From the human T2T-CHM13v2.0 reference genome, Homo sapiens: a stretch of DNA of 64,000 nt. How positions within the stretch are numbered: the stretch's first letter is position 1; each line of letters starts with the position of its first letter. The stretch is from NCBI RefSeq assembly GCF_009914755.1, contig NC_060929.1. The stretch is one strand, 5' to 3'. Below are positions 44,685-60,190 of the stretch, in pieces. Both the position numbers and the translations under genes were made by a program. The notes under the pieces are model-generated. The model searched no databases. It had not been told where the DNA came from and worked only from the letters and a program-made list of their open reading frames with translations.

Positions 44685-44903
44685 GTGATAGAAGCGGCCA
44701 ATGGGACCACCAATAACTGCCACAACAATGAGACGGTGATTCTGACGCCTACCATGGACTCGCGACTCTACATGCTCTCCTTCCTGCCCTTCCTGGTGCT
44801 GCTGGTTTTCATCAGGAACCTCCGAGCCCTGTCCATCTTCTCCCTGTTGGCCAACATCACCATGCTGGTCAGCTTGGTCATGATCTACCAGTTCATTGTT
44901 CAG
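44685..44903 (+). CDS. SLC36A1: SLC36A1 exon 7 ([17 protein letters not shown]...IYQFIVQ; sequons N174 and N183, C180)
   Basis: ttctag|GTG acceptor, CAG|GTACAT donor; 219 nt. Confidence 0.98.
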
Positions 44904-44947
44904 GTACATGCCTAGGCCCTCTCCTATCATCTTGGTTCAATATTTTA

Positions 44948-45291
<344 letters not shown>

Positions 45292-45490
45292 TTACATATA
45301 TGTGTATATGTTATTATATTTTATATATATTACATGTATATTTTACATATACATGTAATATATATTATGTACATGCATAATATATATTATATAATGTATG
45401 TAATATTTATATATTGTGTATATATATACATAATATATATATGTAAGTGGAATGTAAATAGTTATATGTTACTACTGGTATGTCTAGATT

Positions 45491-45707
45491 AGAGGTTCTG
45501 TTCTTGGGCCCTGTTGACATTTTGGGATGGATAAATTCTTTGCTATGGGGCTGTCCTGTGCATTGTGGGGTGTTTAGCAGCATCTCTGGTCTCTACTCAT
45601 TAGGTACCAGTAGCGATCCCTCCATGAGTTATGACAACCAAAAATGTCTCCAGACATTGCCAAACCTTCCTGGGGGGCAAAATCGCCCCCCCACCCAGGG
45701 GGCACTG
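45491..45707. mobile_element. MER20 hAT MITE
   Basis: ctgttgacattttggg...ggctgtcctgtgcattgt...tgacaaccaaaaatgtctccagacattgccaaa. Confidence 0.9.
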
Positions 45708-48067
45708 GTTTAGACTTTTTTCAATTAGATGGTTAATTCATGATCATTGTATACAGTTGGAAAATAGAGGAAAATGTTAAGATTAAAATAAAAAATAATT
45801 TTTCTAACCTGTATTTAGATAAGTAATTCCTTATCAACTCCAGTTAATTTTTATTTGTCAAAATTATAAATTCACTTGTTCCTTGCCCTCACTTAACCCA
45901 TGCAGGCAAGTCTGTGGGGTGGCATGAGAGAGAACATCTGTATACAGATGGGTAGAAAATCAGGCTGAGAAAAATGTGCCCTTAAACACTATGGCTGTTT
46001 GTGAAAATGAGAATGCATTTTCTAAGGCTTGAGAAAAGGAAAAAAGTAAAAGCGGGTAAATAAAAGCATAACTTAAAAAAAAAAATACTTAAATTCAGTT
46101 CCCCAAATAATTCATCAGTACATATTCATTAAAATGCAGACAACACAAATACCTCTTGAATACCATGTCCCCACCCCGAGTCTCCTCTCAGGGACCCGCT
46201 GTATGTGATTGGTCTGTCTCATTCTAGATCCTGTGAATGGATTTACAGCCCATGTAAGTATATTGAGAAATACATTGAAATATATTTTGTTTTCATTTTT
46301 GAAACATAATTTTTTAAAGTTACATGTTCATCTACCTTGCTTTTTTCCACCTTAAAAATGCCTTAGTGAGCCTTCCAGGTTAGTATTCCTGGCTCTACCT
46401 TGTTGTTGTTAGTTGTCACATTGTATCACAGCAAGGAGATTTGCTGCCATTTATTTAACAAGTCCTCACTCAGTGGCTATCAGGCCATGGATAATTTTTA
46501 GTATTATTTCAGTATTAAGACAGTGAGATGTTCTTATACATTCCTTTTTGTGGACTTGTATAAATACTTAAGATATTTGTCTAGATGTGTAATTGCTGAA
46601 GAGTGTGCACTTTTGAATTTTTGTTATGTTACCAAGTTGTTTTTTCCAAAAGCTATTTCCTAATTTCATAGAGACTCCCTTCCACAGTATTTAAGTGCCC
46701 ATTTTTCCATCCTTACTAATACTGGATGTATTAGTATTATTTATATTAGTATTCTTGATATATGTATGATATATTAGTATTTATATATAGTATAATTATA
46801 TTAGTATTATTTTGGTCAGTCTGACAGGTGAATATTATCTCATTTTCATACAGTCTGCTTAACAGTGACCCAGTCACCCACTGATATAGTTTCCAGGAAG
46901 ACAGTGGCTCATAAAAAGCAGGACTTCTTGTGCTAAGCAAATGACATTATCAATTTAGATTAACATTTTGCTCTGTGAGTATTGACTGTTTTTTCATCAC
47001 ATTAAGTCAGATGAGTGGCAGATATTGACTCTTCTGCAGAACTATTTTTTTAAACATAAAATAAATAGTTCTTCACGTCCCCTTTTTATGAGACTGGAAG
47101 GAGGGCCTGTGAATGCACTATAGACCATTTCCATTACCAAACAAGGAAGGGTAAATATTTACCCATGATTTCATGTTGTAATTAGAACTCTCAAGAGCAC
47201 CTAGGATATACTCCACTGTACACTAAAGATGAATTGAGTGAGGCCACCCCCATAGACAGACACACCTGCTGCATTTACTTTTAAATCATTGCAGGTAGTC
47301 GGGCTGTGGTGGTTGCCATGATCAGAGGGCTGGGATAAGAATTTGGGTTCTTATAGCGTCTCAGTCCCAACCAACTGGTAGTATCCATCCAGAGTGATGT
47401 CTATGCATAGTACAACCAGGACACAGAGCAATGTCTGCATAAGGGCAGCCCTGCTGATTTCTTGAGAGCAATTCTGAGTCTTCCTCTGGGCTTAGCCAGA
47501 AGTTGTGCTGTGATCAAATAGTGCCGTCTGCCTGGAGTACAGCATGGGGGAAGAGGTTTGGCTGTGTTTTGATGTAGTCACTGCCCATAGTGTTGTAGTT
47601 GCTTCATTTTGATGTGTCATACAGCTAAAGATGCTCCCTTTAGGTCATTTTTGTTGCCGCTGCCTCTGCGGCTTGTTACTACTGTTCTGTTTTGGCATTG
47701 TGCCCCACTTACCATGAGGATTCCCCTACTGTTCAATGTTTCTGAATTTTTTCCCTAATCCTAAGCATGTACATGACTGTTCCTCTTGCCCCTCATGCAC
47801 GTGCCATTGTAGGTAGCAGACCAAGGTCTTCCACAGAGAGCAGGTTCCTCTCTGTCTTCAGCATGTGGAGTCTCAAATGGAACAGTTCTGGGCAGAGTGC
47901 TTTGCACAGAGGGTGCTCCCAATAAATGTTTTATCACTGCATATCGTTGCTTCTGAGATGTATTTTTTCATAGTTATAACAGTTTCAGGATTGCAAGAGT
48001 ACATCTCACAATCCATGTGTACCTTTAACAGCATTTTCTCAAAATACTGTTATTATAATTGATAATA

Positions 48068-48255
48068 TGGTAAGACCTCACTTAATATCATTGATACATT
48101 CTTAGAAACTGCAATACATTAAATGTATGTATAGCGAAATCAGTTTTTTTCTCATCAATGTTATAACAAAACAGCGTTGAAGGAAGTGACTGTACGTCAT
48201 TTCACTTAAAGTCTCAGTTTCCAAGAACTTATTGACGACAAGGGAGGACTTACTG
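48068..48255. mobile_element. MER6-like Tc-mar/Tigger MITE (palindromic)
   Basis: Inverted arms gtaagacctcactta...ttcttagaaactg and cagtttccaagaact...gaggacttactg. Confidence 0.7.
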
Positions 48256-49039
48256 TGTTGTAGAATTGAGGAGATATGTTAATAACGAGCTGATTTTAAC
48301 ATGTATGTTTCTTTATAAATTAAACTTTTCTCATTTAGTTGGTTGGGTCAGTAGCAATCAGTAAGTATGTAGAATAATACACTTCTTCTGCTGGCCTCAT
48401 TCCCACAATATCCCCACATATGGATTGTGAAATTCCCAGTCTGATACTTGAATCTGATCTGATGTATGAATAAGAGCAGGAGTCATTCACTAACCAACAG
48501 ATAGCACCTGTTTCCAATAACTTAGGTTACATTTGTGACTCAGGAATAATTACAGGCCACTCTTGCTCTCAAGTCCCATTGTAAAGGAAAAATACCTATT
48601 ACCCTGTCTTCATTCCAGGTATTGAAATGCTTCTTACAAAGGGATCTAACAGATTTCTTAGCAGGGGCCCAGGGAAACACATTTATTTAATTTTTTTATT
48701 TTTTCAAAAGCAATATTACTGCTTTGAAATCTTTCAAAGTGAAGGCTGTTATAGAGCTTAATAATGGATCTCCTTTTACTTGCCTGAAATTATTCTGAAG
48801 CCTGTTAAGAGCATGCCCCGTATTATCCAAATAGCCATACAGTTAAATCAATTTTAAAACATTGTAAAAGGCTGTTTTAACATCAATTTTTATTTTAATT
48901 GAAGCAACATACACATGTGGTTTAGAAAACCAAATTGTAAAAAGACAGCAGCTTTGAATCCCTCCTCCCCACCCTGCCCCTTCCACACAGTCTGTTACTG
49001 GAGACTGTTGTTCGGTGGAGGATTTTGTGACTATACCTC

Positions 49040-49483
49040 TGTCTTAGTCAGGGTTCTCTAGAGGGACAGAACTAATAGGATAGATGTACATATATAGGGG
49101 AGTTTATTAAGGAATATTAACTCACGCAATCACAGGTTTCCACAACAGGCCGTCTGCAGGCTGAGGAGCAAGGAAGCCAGTCCAAGTCCCAAAGCTGAAG
49201 AACTCGAGGTCTGATGTTCAAGGGCAGGAAGTATCCAGCACGGGAGAAAGATGTAGCCTGGGAGGCTAAGCCAGTCTAGCCTTTTCACATTCTTCTGCCT
49301 GCTTTTTAATCTGGCCACTGGCCGAGCTGGCAGCTGATTAGATTGTGCCCATCCAGATTAAGGGTGGGTCTGCCTTTCCCAGTCCACTGACTCAAATGTG
49401 GCAACACCCTCACAAACACACGCAGGAACAATACTTTGCCTCCTTCAGTGCAATCAAGTTGACACTCAGTATTAACCATCACA
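49040..49483 (-). mobile_element. MLT2A (ERVL) solo LTR
   Basis: Minus strand starts TGTGATGGTTAATACTGAGTGTCAACTTG; exact TSD acctc at 49035-49039 and 49484-49488. Confidence 0.93.
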
Positions 49484-49867
49484 ACCTCCTTCCTTATACA
49501 ACCTTAACATTGTACCTGCAGTTAACAGTTGCCCTTTTTCTGGCCCATTTTTTAAAGCATTCTTTTTGCTCCTCCTCCCCACATGTTCCAGCACTCCTGT
49601 TGTGTGCTTCTTGGTAATACTTTGAAAGTGCTCAAGTTCATTGATGAGAATTTTAAAAAGGAGAAGAAAAGAAGAGGAAAAAGGAAGAGAACCAATATAA
49701 AAATGTACCACTTTCTCTTCCCTTCCAGCTTTATCTTTGATGTTTATGTAGTTGTATCAGAGTGAATATATAAATTAAAATTAAAATTTTTTCTCACTAA
49801 TATTTCGTAAGTAGTTTTTCATGTTCTACTTAGTTATCTCAATTTTTACTTTTTAATAGTGCATACT

Positions 49868-50156
49868 GGCCAGGCGCAGTGGCCAACGCCTGTGATCCCA
49901 GCACCTTGGGAGGCCGAGGCAGGCAGATCACTTGAAATCAAGAGTTCACAAACAGCTTGGCCAACATGGTGAAGCCCTGTCTCTACCAAAAATATACAAA
50001 AAATAGCCGAGTGTGGTGGCACGCACCTGTAGTCCTAGCCACTCAGGAGGCTGAGGCACGAAGAATTGCTTGAACCCAGGAGGCAGAGGGAGGTTGCAGT
50101 GAGCCGAGATCTCGCCACTGCACGCCAGCCTGGGTGACAGAAGGAGACTCTGTCTC
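49868..50156 (+). mobile_element. AluS element
   Basis: Dimeric Alu; tail replaced by (TAGA)n. Confidence 0.93.

Positions 50157-50204
<48 letters not shown>
50157..50204. repeat. (GATA)n tetranucleotide STR at the Alu tail
   Basis: About 12 perfect taga units. Confidence 0.95.
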
Positions 50205-50608
50205 ATATATATTCTGTGGTTTAGCTGGTATGTTGTTAATTACTTAACTGATCCCTTGTTTGGAAGCACTTATATTGTTTTCAGTTACTTTATTAAACAG
50301 CTTTGCTCAGTGTTTTTCATCTTTTGATTTTTTTTCTACTTGAATTCAGTTTCTGGGGATGGGATTACCTAGTGAAAGAATGTGACTCTTTTTATGCAAG
50401 CCCCAACATTTGAGTTTTTAATAGTACCTTGGGCTTGTCTTTCCCCCAAACAAGTGGGTTTTTCTTAGCCTGAAGAGAAAAACATACAAAGGTTAAATGT
50501 CCCTAAATCATCTGTCAGGTATTAGACTTTCTTCCTTTAGAGAATCTTGGATTTGTTAAAAGGTATGACCTCTCCGATTCAGAGTTCAAATCTTGAATTT
50601 CTGTATAG

Positions 50609-50764
<156 letters not shown>

Positions 50765-50855
50765 TGATTTGGGCTAGTGTTCTCTGGTGCCCTTGGTGTT
50801 CTCCAGGTCTGTTTCAAGGAATGCTGAGGAAACATTGTTAGAAAGTATCTTCTGA

Positions 50856-51175
<320 letters not shown>

Positions 51176-51329
51176 TCACTGGTCAGTTAGTGAATAGTGT
51201 TTCGGGGATTCCATTGAGATTTCCCAGCTTCAACTTTTCAAGACAAATTATATGTAATTTTAAAATGTTTACATTCAAGGCCCCTTCACTGCACACTCAT
51301 CTCCTATGTGTGCAGTAAGGAATAGCATA

Positions 51330-51545
51330 TGGCAATCAGGAAGGCAGGGTCTAGAGTCAGACTGACATGGGGGTAAGTCCTGGCTCTGCCATAGAGTAGC
51401 TGTGTGACCTTGAGCAAGGGCTTCATCTCTTTGAGCCTTCATTATTTGTTCCTGAAAAGTGAGCTTAATGATTCGTAGTTATTAGGATTAAATGAGATAT
51501 GTGCAAAATGCTTTGCACAGACCCTGACACATGGTAAATGTTTAA
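51330..51545. mobile_element. MIR
   Basis: ctagagtcagactg...tagctgtgtgaccttgagcaag...aggattaaatgagata. Confidence 0.75.
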
Positions 51546-53567
51546 TAGATTTTTATTTTATTAATAATGTTATTTTATTATTGAATCAATAAATGCATGA
51601 ATAATTTCTCTGCCCTACAACATTGGTTTGGTGTATTTTCTGCGTGCAAAAGAGCAGCCTTCACTCCTGGCTCAGCATTCTGTGATTTCACCAAATGCTT
51701 TTCCTAAAAAGGAATCTACCCCTCACTTTTACCTAATTTGAATTTTATTTGTATTTTTCATAATAATGGTACAAAACTCTTCTCTGAAGAAAGTTATTCC
51801 TGGCCAAGGGCGCCACAAATGGGAAGAGCCTCCTCCCGGCACGGCACTTCTTTCTCTTTTTTGATTTCCGAGACACCTTATTTGCTTTTAAGAAAACCTA
51901 GAAGCTGTACACATTTTTTGTCAAAATCGTGAGAAATCACCCAGGTGGTGTTGATGGAACACGTTGAAGCTCTGACATCATGGGGGAGGCTTTGGGAGTG
52001 ATCACATGTAAATCACTGGTCTCCCTGAGGTTTTATACCTTGCCCTGTGCTCTATCTTAGGGCTTTTCATTGCCCATGAAGAGTGTCTCACTGTAATTCA
52101 GAAACACAAATGGTTTCCTGCTGCTGGGGCAGAGGCCTGAGTGGGCCCATACTTCAGCAGTGAGAAAGAGATCCCAAGAACTCAGGACTGGAAAGAAGAG
52201 GCTGAGAAAGTGTGGAAAGATGCCCAGAGACCTTAGGTTCTTGGGCATCCTAAGGGACCTTGTGCTAAATTTTTAGTAGCTTTCCCTAACAGCACAGCGC
52301 AGAAATTGTTTGCTTGGTTTTATTACCCAAGACTTGTACACAAAGTTATTCTGCAAACATCATTTGTTTTCAAGATTTCTTTGTATTTCTATTTTTTTAC
52401 AATAGAGAGAGAACACTGCTAGATTGACTCTTAGTTTTGGATCTAGGGCTTGTTCATTGCATCGGGGTAAAGTGCCAGGCTGCACACTGTATTCACCGTG
52501 TGCTCTGTGTTCATGCAGCTGTCACAGGCCAGATATGGGCTCCCTGCCCTCTGGCTCTTTGTATTCTTGGTATGATGGAAACTGACAGATACATTTAGAA
52601 GCTGTTTCTAATGGATGTGGATTAACTGAAGCTGGAGCAGGTGGTGGGGGACACTGGGGGCCCCTGGGAGCACCAGGCCTGCAGCAGGATCATGTTGGTG
52701 TGTGCAGCACAGACCTATTGTGCCTCATGGCTGCAGGTGCTGCAGGAAAATAAGTGTAATAACAAGATCAAAGTTTGTGGCACAGCTAGACATTGCCCAG
52801 TGTTGCTCTTCCTTATTAGCTGTGCCAGATCCAGTTGATGGCAGACTGTGAAGATCCTCACAGTCACACCTGCCATTTTCCCAATTCCTAAATAAACTCA
52901 TTTTCATAGGGGCCTTTCCTTTGCTTTTACCAAAGTTAAAGAATGTCCTCTCTTATGATGAAGGAGGTAGCAAAGGTCAGTGGTTTGTAATAGGAGTCTG
53001 GAAACTGGGCATTGTTAAGCACCCATGTCTTGAGATCCTCTACGAAGTCATGCTTTCTTTCGCACTGCAGTTTCTCTCACTTGGAGGTTTAACTTGTCAC
53101 TGCTAGTGCTTGCCCCTGTTGAGCTAGAGTGGCAGTTTTCCCTGACCTATATTTTGCATTCTTTAGACAGGTTAGCAGGAAGCTGTGATCTCAGGTTAGA
53201 TGCCAGGTGGGCATGACATGAGAGGGCCTTCTGGTTGCCATGTGGCCTCACTCACAGGGCAAGGGACATTCCCAGCCTGCAGGGATCCTGCAGCAGGAGG
53301 ACAGAGCACTGGCCTGAGCCAGGAGTCCTGGGCTCGTGTCCTGTCCACCCTTACTTTTAGGACTTCCTAGCTAGGCAGTGGGCTGCAGAGTCCCTTCTAG
53401 TCCCAAGAGCATAACGTCTGATGAAATAACTTTATTTAAAGAGCAGATGTGCTTCTGGAGAATTCTGGGGATAAAAGAGTTACTTTTTTTCTGAGGTTTT
53501 TTTTTTTCTTGGCCATTAACTTTTCTTTTTTCTGCACTTTCTCTCCTCTCTCACTACTCTCTCATAG

Positions 53568-53734
53568 GTTCTGCCCCTGGAAAACAAAATGAAGGATCCT
53601 CGGAAGTTCCCACTCATCCTGTACCTGGGCATGGTCATCGTCACCATCCTCTACATCAGCCTGGGGTGTCTGGGGTACCTGCAATTTGGAGCTAATATCC
53701 AAGGCAGCATAACCCTCAACCTGCCCAACTGCTG
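53568..53734 (+). CDS. SLC36A1: SLC36A1 exon 9 ([14 protein letters not shown]...[10 protein letters not shown]; C329)
   Basis: catag|GTT acceptor, CTG|GTACGT donor; 167 nt. Confidence 0.98.
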
Positions 53735-54435
53735 GTACGTGGAGGGAGGATGGAAACCTAGGAGCACTGGATATTTTTAAAAACTAATGGGTCACAGTGT
53801 GGATTCTCCCTCTTACTTATCTCTTAAACCAGCCCACTTCACTCTAGCCCACCATCCCCTGCCACTGCCAGCCCTCACTGGCTGCCCTGGACTGCATTCT
53901 GTTTGGGGAATTCATGTAGAGCCTTCTGCTGAAGCCATTGGTGCTGATCAGCCGATGGGTAAGCCATTTCTCCTTGGAATTCCTAAGCTCAGAAGGACCG
54001 AGTATCTAGTCCATTCATGGTAAACCATTCCAAATAGACAGGGAGATGGGAGGGCAAACCTGCATTTGATTCCCAGCATCGGTTGTGCCTCTCCCTTGGT
54101 AGTAACAGGCTTGATATGCAGATGGGAGCATCTCACTGTGAGCCGGGGATTGTTGGGAGTCCTTTTGTACCTCCCTTGCATTGGTGAATGTATTATAGGG
54201 AAATAGTGAGCCATTTTGAAATGCTTCCTGAAAGGGTGAATGTCCCAGGGCATGTGCAGAGCAACCATCCTGTTTTGAAGATGAATCATCTCATGGTGGA
54301 GAGCAGCTGTTAGCAGACACTGAGAAGCTTGTTGAGTGCTCTGCGGATCAGAATCAGCTTTCAGTCTAGGCTGGCTGATCTGCCTGGGTGTGCTTTTTAT
54401 TTTGTTTTGTATTGTTTTATTTTATTGTATTTTTT

Positions 54436-54555
54436 AAGACAACAGCACTCAGTATTTCCAGGGGCTTTCCCGTTCAAGTACGAACCAGGCTTGACCCTGC
54501 TTAGCTTCCAAGATCAGGTGAAATTGAGCACATTCAGAATGGTATGGCTATAGAC
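54436..54555 (-). pseudogene. 5S rRNA processed pseudogene (possibly the annotated RNA5SP197)
   Basis: Minus strand reads GTCTATAGCCATACCATTCTGAATG...GATCTTGGAAGCTAAGCAGGGTCAAGCCTGGTTCGTACTTG...GTGCTGTTGTCTT, colinear with 120-nt 5S rRNA; decayed A tail; degenerate TSD ctgg..tgctttttattt / ctgg..cgctttttattt. Confidence 0.95.
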
Positions 54556-54574
54556 CTGGATTCGCTTTTTATTT

Positions 54575-54706
54575 TTTTATATTCTTTTTCAGTTGATTTT
54601 AACTCGTGAGGCATACCAATTATATATATGGATGCAGTATGTGTGACATTTGGATACATATGTACAATGTGTAATTATCAAATCAGGGTAATTGGCATAT
54701 CCATCT
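54575..54706 (-). mobile_element. Short L1MA 3' end fragment
   Basis: tacaatgtgtaattatcaaatcagggtaattggcatatccatc. Confidence 0.75.
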
Positions 54707-55599
54707 TGTGTCTACTTTTAAATTTCCAAATGTTTCTGCCCTTCCAAGAAGGAAGAGGCAGGTGGTAGCTTGGTGTAACTGTGTCACCTTTCCCTGGAAG
54801 ATAAATGGATCGGGAGCAACAGAAGCAGCCCACATGATCCGAAGCCATAGAGGAGAATCTGTCTTCTTTCCTAACACCCCAAACCCAGCTGCTGTAACTC
54901 TTCTGCCTCCATTTGGGTATAATTTATTTGGCTATCCCTGCAGGTGTCACTCTCCTAAGTCCAGACTTCACAGCTCTCCAGAGGCTTTGGGGCTGCTTTG
55001 AGTTTAATGATAGAGCCACCAGATGATTTTTCCCAAGAGTTTTTATTATCTATTCATGGAGCAAGTATGACCTTTTACCAGACTCAGTCTTTACAAGGTT
55101 GTTCTCCTGCTTATAGCATAAGAACATCTTCTAGATTTTAAATTCAACCACAGAGAAACTCAAGGCACATATACACAGTCTGTATTAGCACATTTAAATA
55201 GATTTCCGACAAGGGAGGACAAATGTTTCTTGCTGTTTAACACATGAGGGTCTGGTTTAAGGTGGAGCTTTGCTTAGGGACAGAGACCTTTCCTTTTAAT
55301 GACCAGGTCAGATCTGTAAGTTGATCACAGACTGTTTTCCTACTCTGTGCAGTCAAGGCACTGGAGTAATAAAATAGGGATATCCTGTGGTGAGTTACGT
55401 CATTTTTGGAAGCTACACTTGAAGCAGTAGTAGGAAGAGAGCCATAGTGGTATGGAAAGATGGAATTCTGCTCTGGCCTCTTGGTCCTGCAGTGTCTTCA
55501 TCTAATTCTAGGGACACTGACTTGGATGGGACAGATATAAATAGGCTTGTGACATTTTAATTGCAATTTTGTTTTTATTTTTGAAGGCATGTACACCTG

Positions 55600-56472
<873 letters not shown>

Positions 56473-59400
56473 TAGAAGATGATAATTGCCTTGCTTGTTT
56501 TTCCCTAAAGGGCACCCAGTCTGCAGGCTTTCATGAGAAAAGACAATGTGTGTTGTAGTGAAGCTGGCTATGTTTGTGACAGAGAACCTGGCCCATGGCC
56601 TCACTTTCAGAGTTGAGGCACCTCCAGATGGGGAAGTGAATTAATTACATATGTACTGTAAAGAACATGGGAATGAGGACAGTGGTTTATGTATAGATAG
56701 GGTATGAAATGCTGTGGAGGTGGTTATCATTCAGAGTAAAGACATGCGATTACTATCCCATATTAAATAAGGTAAAGGTCTGAAAGCCATTTAACCCATA
56801 TCTGTAATGAGTATAAGTTACTCTGATGAAGGGTACTTATTTGCTTTTTCAAATAGTTGTTTTTCCACTGTGACAAGTTGCTCCTTAGATTTCCTTTAGA
56901 GGCTTTATGATAGTATTCTAGACATTTTTTAATGTCAGTCTTACTAAATATGTTTCAGAAAATTTCTATTGATTAACCTAGGTATTTGATTGATCACTTG
57001 TGTTTTATTCTTCTTCTCTCAACCCCATTCCCAGGAGTGTAAGTTAAAAGACAGGATACCCTTCTGTTTGCTGTGGTTGAAAACTGGTGACATTTAGAAA
57101 ATAAAAGTAAATTTTTTTTGTAGCTTCTGTGAGTTGGTAGACTAGAGAACCCCTGAGCAAATCGGTTGATAATAGCTAATTTAAGTTTCTAAGAGATTTG
57201 CAATTGTTTTCCAAATTCAAATGCTTAAAAGCATAGATTCCTCTTTTTGGCTCTATTTGGCTTTTTTTTCTCTTTTTAGGTTTTATTATTTTTGAACAAG
57301 AACCTCTTTGCTTATTATGTTGAGACTTCCCTGAGAATTTTCTTAAATTATTCAGTCTGAGCCTCTGTCTTTGGGATAAAGATAGATCCATATGACTTTT
57401 TAAATTCTAATTAGGGTTGAATGTTTTAAGGATGAAAGATGGGAAAGTTGTCTAGCATTTGCTCTTAGTCACTCCTTCAGGCCCTCTCCTAGACCAGCCT
57501 ATATAGAAACAGCCCACGCAGCAGCTAATCCAGGGGCCAGGGCTGTTGAAAGCCAGCTGCTGTTCCCACAGCGACTGAAAAAGAAGGAACATGATGTATC
57601 CTGCTTTTCTAATAGATTGCCTTAATGTGTGCTGCTAAGATGGGATGCTTGGACTGTAAATTTTAATCCTATCTTGTGCCAGTAACTCTCCATGCTTTGA
57701 TTCCAAAGTGTATGTTTCCACCGTGGATGGAGTAGCTCTAAGTGCTTGAGGAGACAGCTTTCACGTGTATGGTATTTATAATGTAAACTCTGAGGGCCCA
57801 ATTCTTAAATCTAAAGGGCACTGGAAGAAAGAGTGTGGTTAGTTCAAATAATTTGCTTTTATCCAAAGTGCTCCCTCCGGAAAAAGTAGGTCTCTGTAGG
57901 TAAAATGTGCCTTCCTGACTAAACAGCTCCTCCACCCTGCCTATTGAGCTGGGGCAGTGACAGGAGCCTGACTCCTCTCCCTGCCCAATTTTCCCCTCCA
58001 GCCTGGCTCAGCCTCCCTGTAGCATATGTCACACTTCCTGCCAGGTTTATTTCTGCAGCACCCTGCAGGAGACAGCAGTCTCTGATTCACAGACCTCATG
58101 TTATCCTTAGATGCCTCTTGGATTTTGCTTCACTTTTCCTGGCCCTGTCTGTGAGTCTCATCTCCCTTCAACAGGACGATGCTCAGAAGACACGGCTGCT
58201 TTTGGTCTTCAAGTGTGTGCAGTTGTTTTTCCCTTCTGTGATCTGTTGTGACTTAGCATTGCATTGTCATCCTGTTCAAAAAGGCAGCCCCCTTTATGTC
58301 TGAGAGCACTCGCCTCTCTCACCTTCCTTGGAGACTTTGAAGTAATTGTGGGACTCAGTAGAGGCCTTTCATGGCAGCAGCAACTTAAATGTATTTATGC
58401 GCGTTCATTTTGTTCTTGCTTCTCTGTTCTTTCAGATCTTTCAGCACCGTTGGTTAGTATGTGATTTTAGATCTTTAATTGATTTTTTTCATTTATATTC
58501 ATAAATTTTAACAGCAGCTTCTTTTATTACTATTTCTGGTGTTTTCCTATCTTTTCCCCAACTTTTCCTCCTCCTCTTCACCCTCCAAAGGGAACAGGAG
58601 GAATTCAGTGTAGTTTCTTTTTTTTTTTCCCTCTTGGAATTCAACTTTCTCACCACTCTCCCCCATCCTCCAAAGATTACTATGGCTGATACGGACTTTG
58701 TGATGCTTAATTTCAAACAGTTGGAGAAGAGGGGGAGGGAAAACAAGTATTTCATAGGATAGTGCTCATTTTGTTATGATTTCATATCGGACAGTATCTA
58801 CTTCCAGCCCATATTTTTGGAAATGCGGACTTAGCAGGTCACCTTATGTCCAGACCTTGTGTGGAAGAGGCTGGCCCCACCTGTGGAGTCTGGAGTTGTA
58901 GGATCAACGGTTTTTTAGATTTCTTTGGAGCAATAACCCATCCATCCTTCAGTGATTCATACTGATTCTCTGTGTCATTTGCCATGTGAAACATTTTACT
59001 TCAGTTTGCTATGAAAATTTCAGAAACCTATTTCTGAAGATATAATTACCTAAAATCGCATCATCCAAGAAGCCTGTTCAGACTGGAATGCAGAGCTGCA
59101 AAACATTCCAAGCAGTCGGATTTTTAGAGGATGAAGCTTCCAGGTCCAAACAGAGTAGCTTCTTAGTACCTTTGGGCCTTTCACACTTTTTAGTCTTGCA
59201 GCTACAGTGAAGAAGAGCAGCATCATTAATTAGCTGTGTAACCCTGCCACCCCCCACCCTGCATTCCCCGCCCAGGAACCCTCATAAGGCCTCAGGGTCC
59301 TCAACTGTAAGATAGGAAGGGTGTCTGACCTCTAAGGTTTCTCTCAACTCCAAAATTCTGTGATTCTGTATAGGTGCTTTGCGCTTGATTTTAAGTTTCT

Positions 59401-59807
59401 ACACAAATATTACTCTAAAAAAAGAAAGTCAATGTAAAAACATTTGGGAATAAAAGAAGAAATTCCAGTATTCCACCAATTTAACAAAGTAATTTTTTTT
59501 TGCATTGTATCTTCTGTGTCTTAATCCTCATGGGTGCCTTGTAAAAATAGTTGCAATTGTAGTTTACACATAATTTTGTCTTTCACATTTTATTTAGTTT
59601 TATATCACAAATATTCATATCTTTCACTAATATTTTCATGACCTCGTGGTATTCCACTGTATTGGTGGATCATATTAACTAAGGTACTCCTTTCATGTTG
59701 GACATGGTGGTTGTTTCCCTTGTTTTCGTATTTTTTAAATTTATACCCCCACTAAGTCAAACTTTGTATACTGTCCAAGACTACTATGAATTTTAAAGGC
59801 ATATTTA

Positions 59808-60190
<383 letters not shown>

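Noticed and set aside
46714-46812. Short inverted repeat and repeated tattagtatt words
   Set aside because: Low-complexity AT-rich slippage inside an old L1-like region; no evidence of function
48068-48255. Long imperfect hairpin as a novel ncRNA
   Set aside because: Explained by the terminal inverted repeats of a MER6-like MITE
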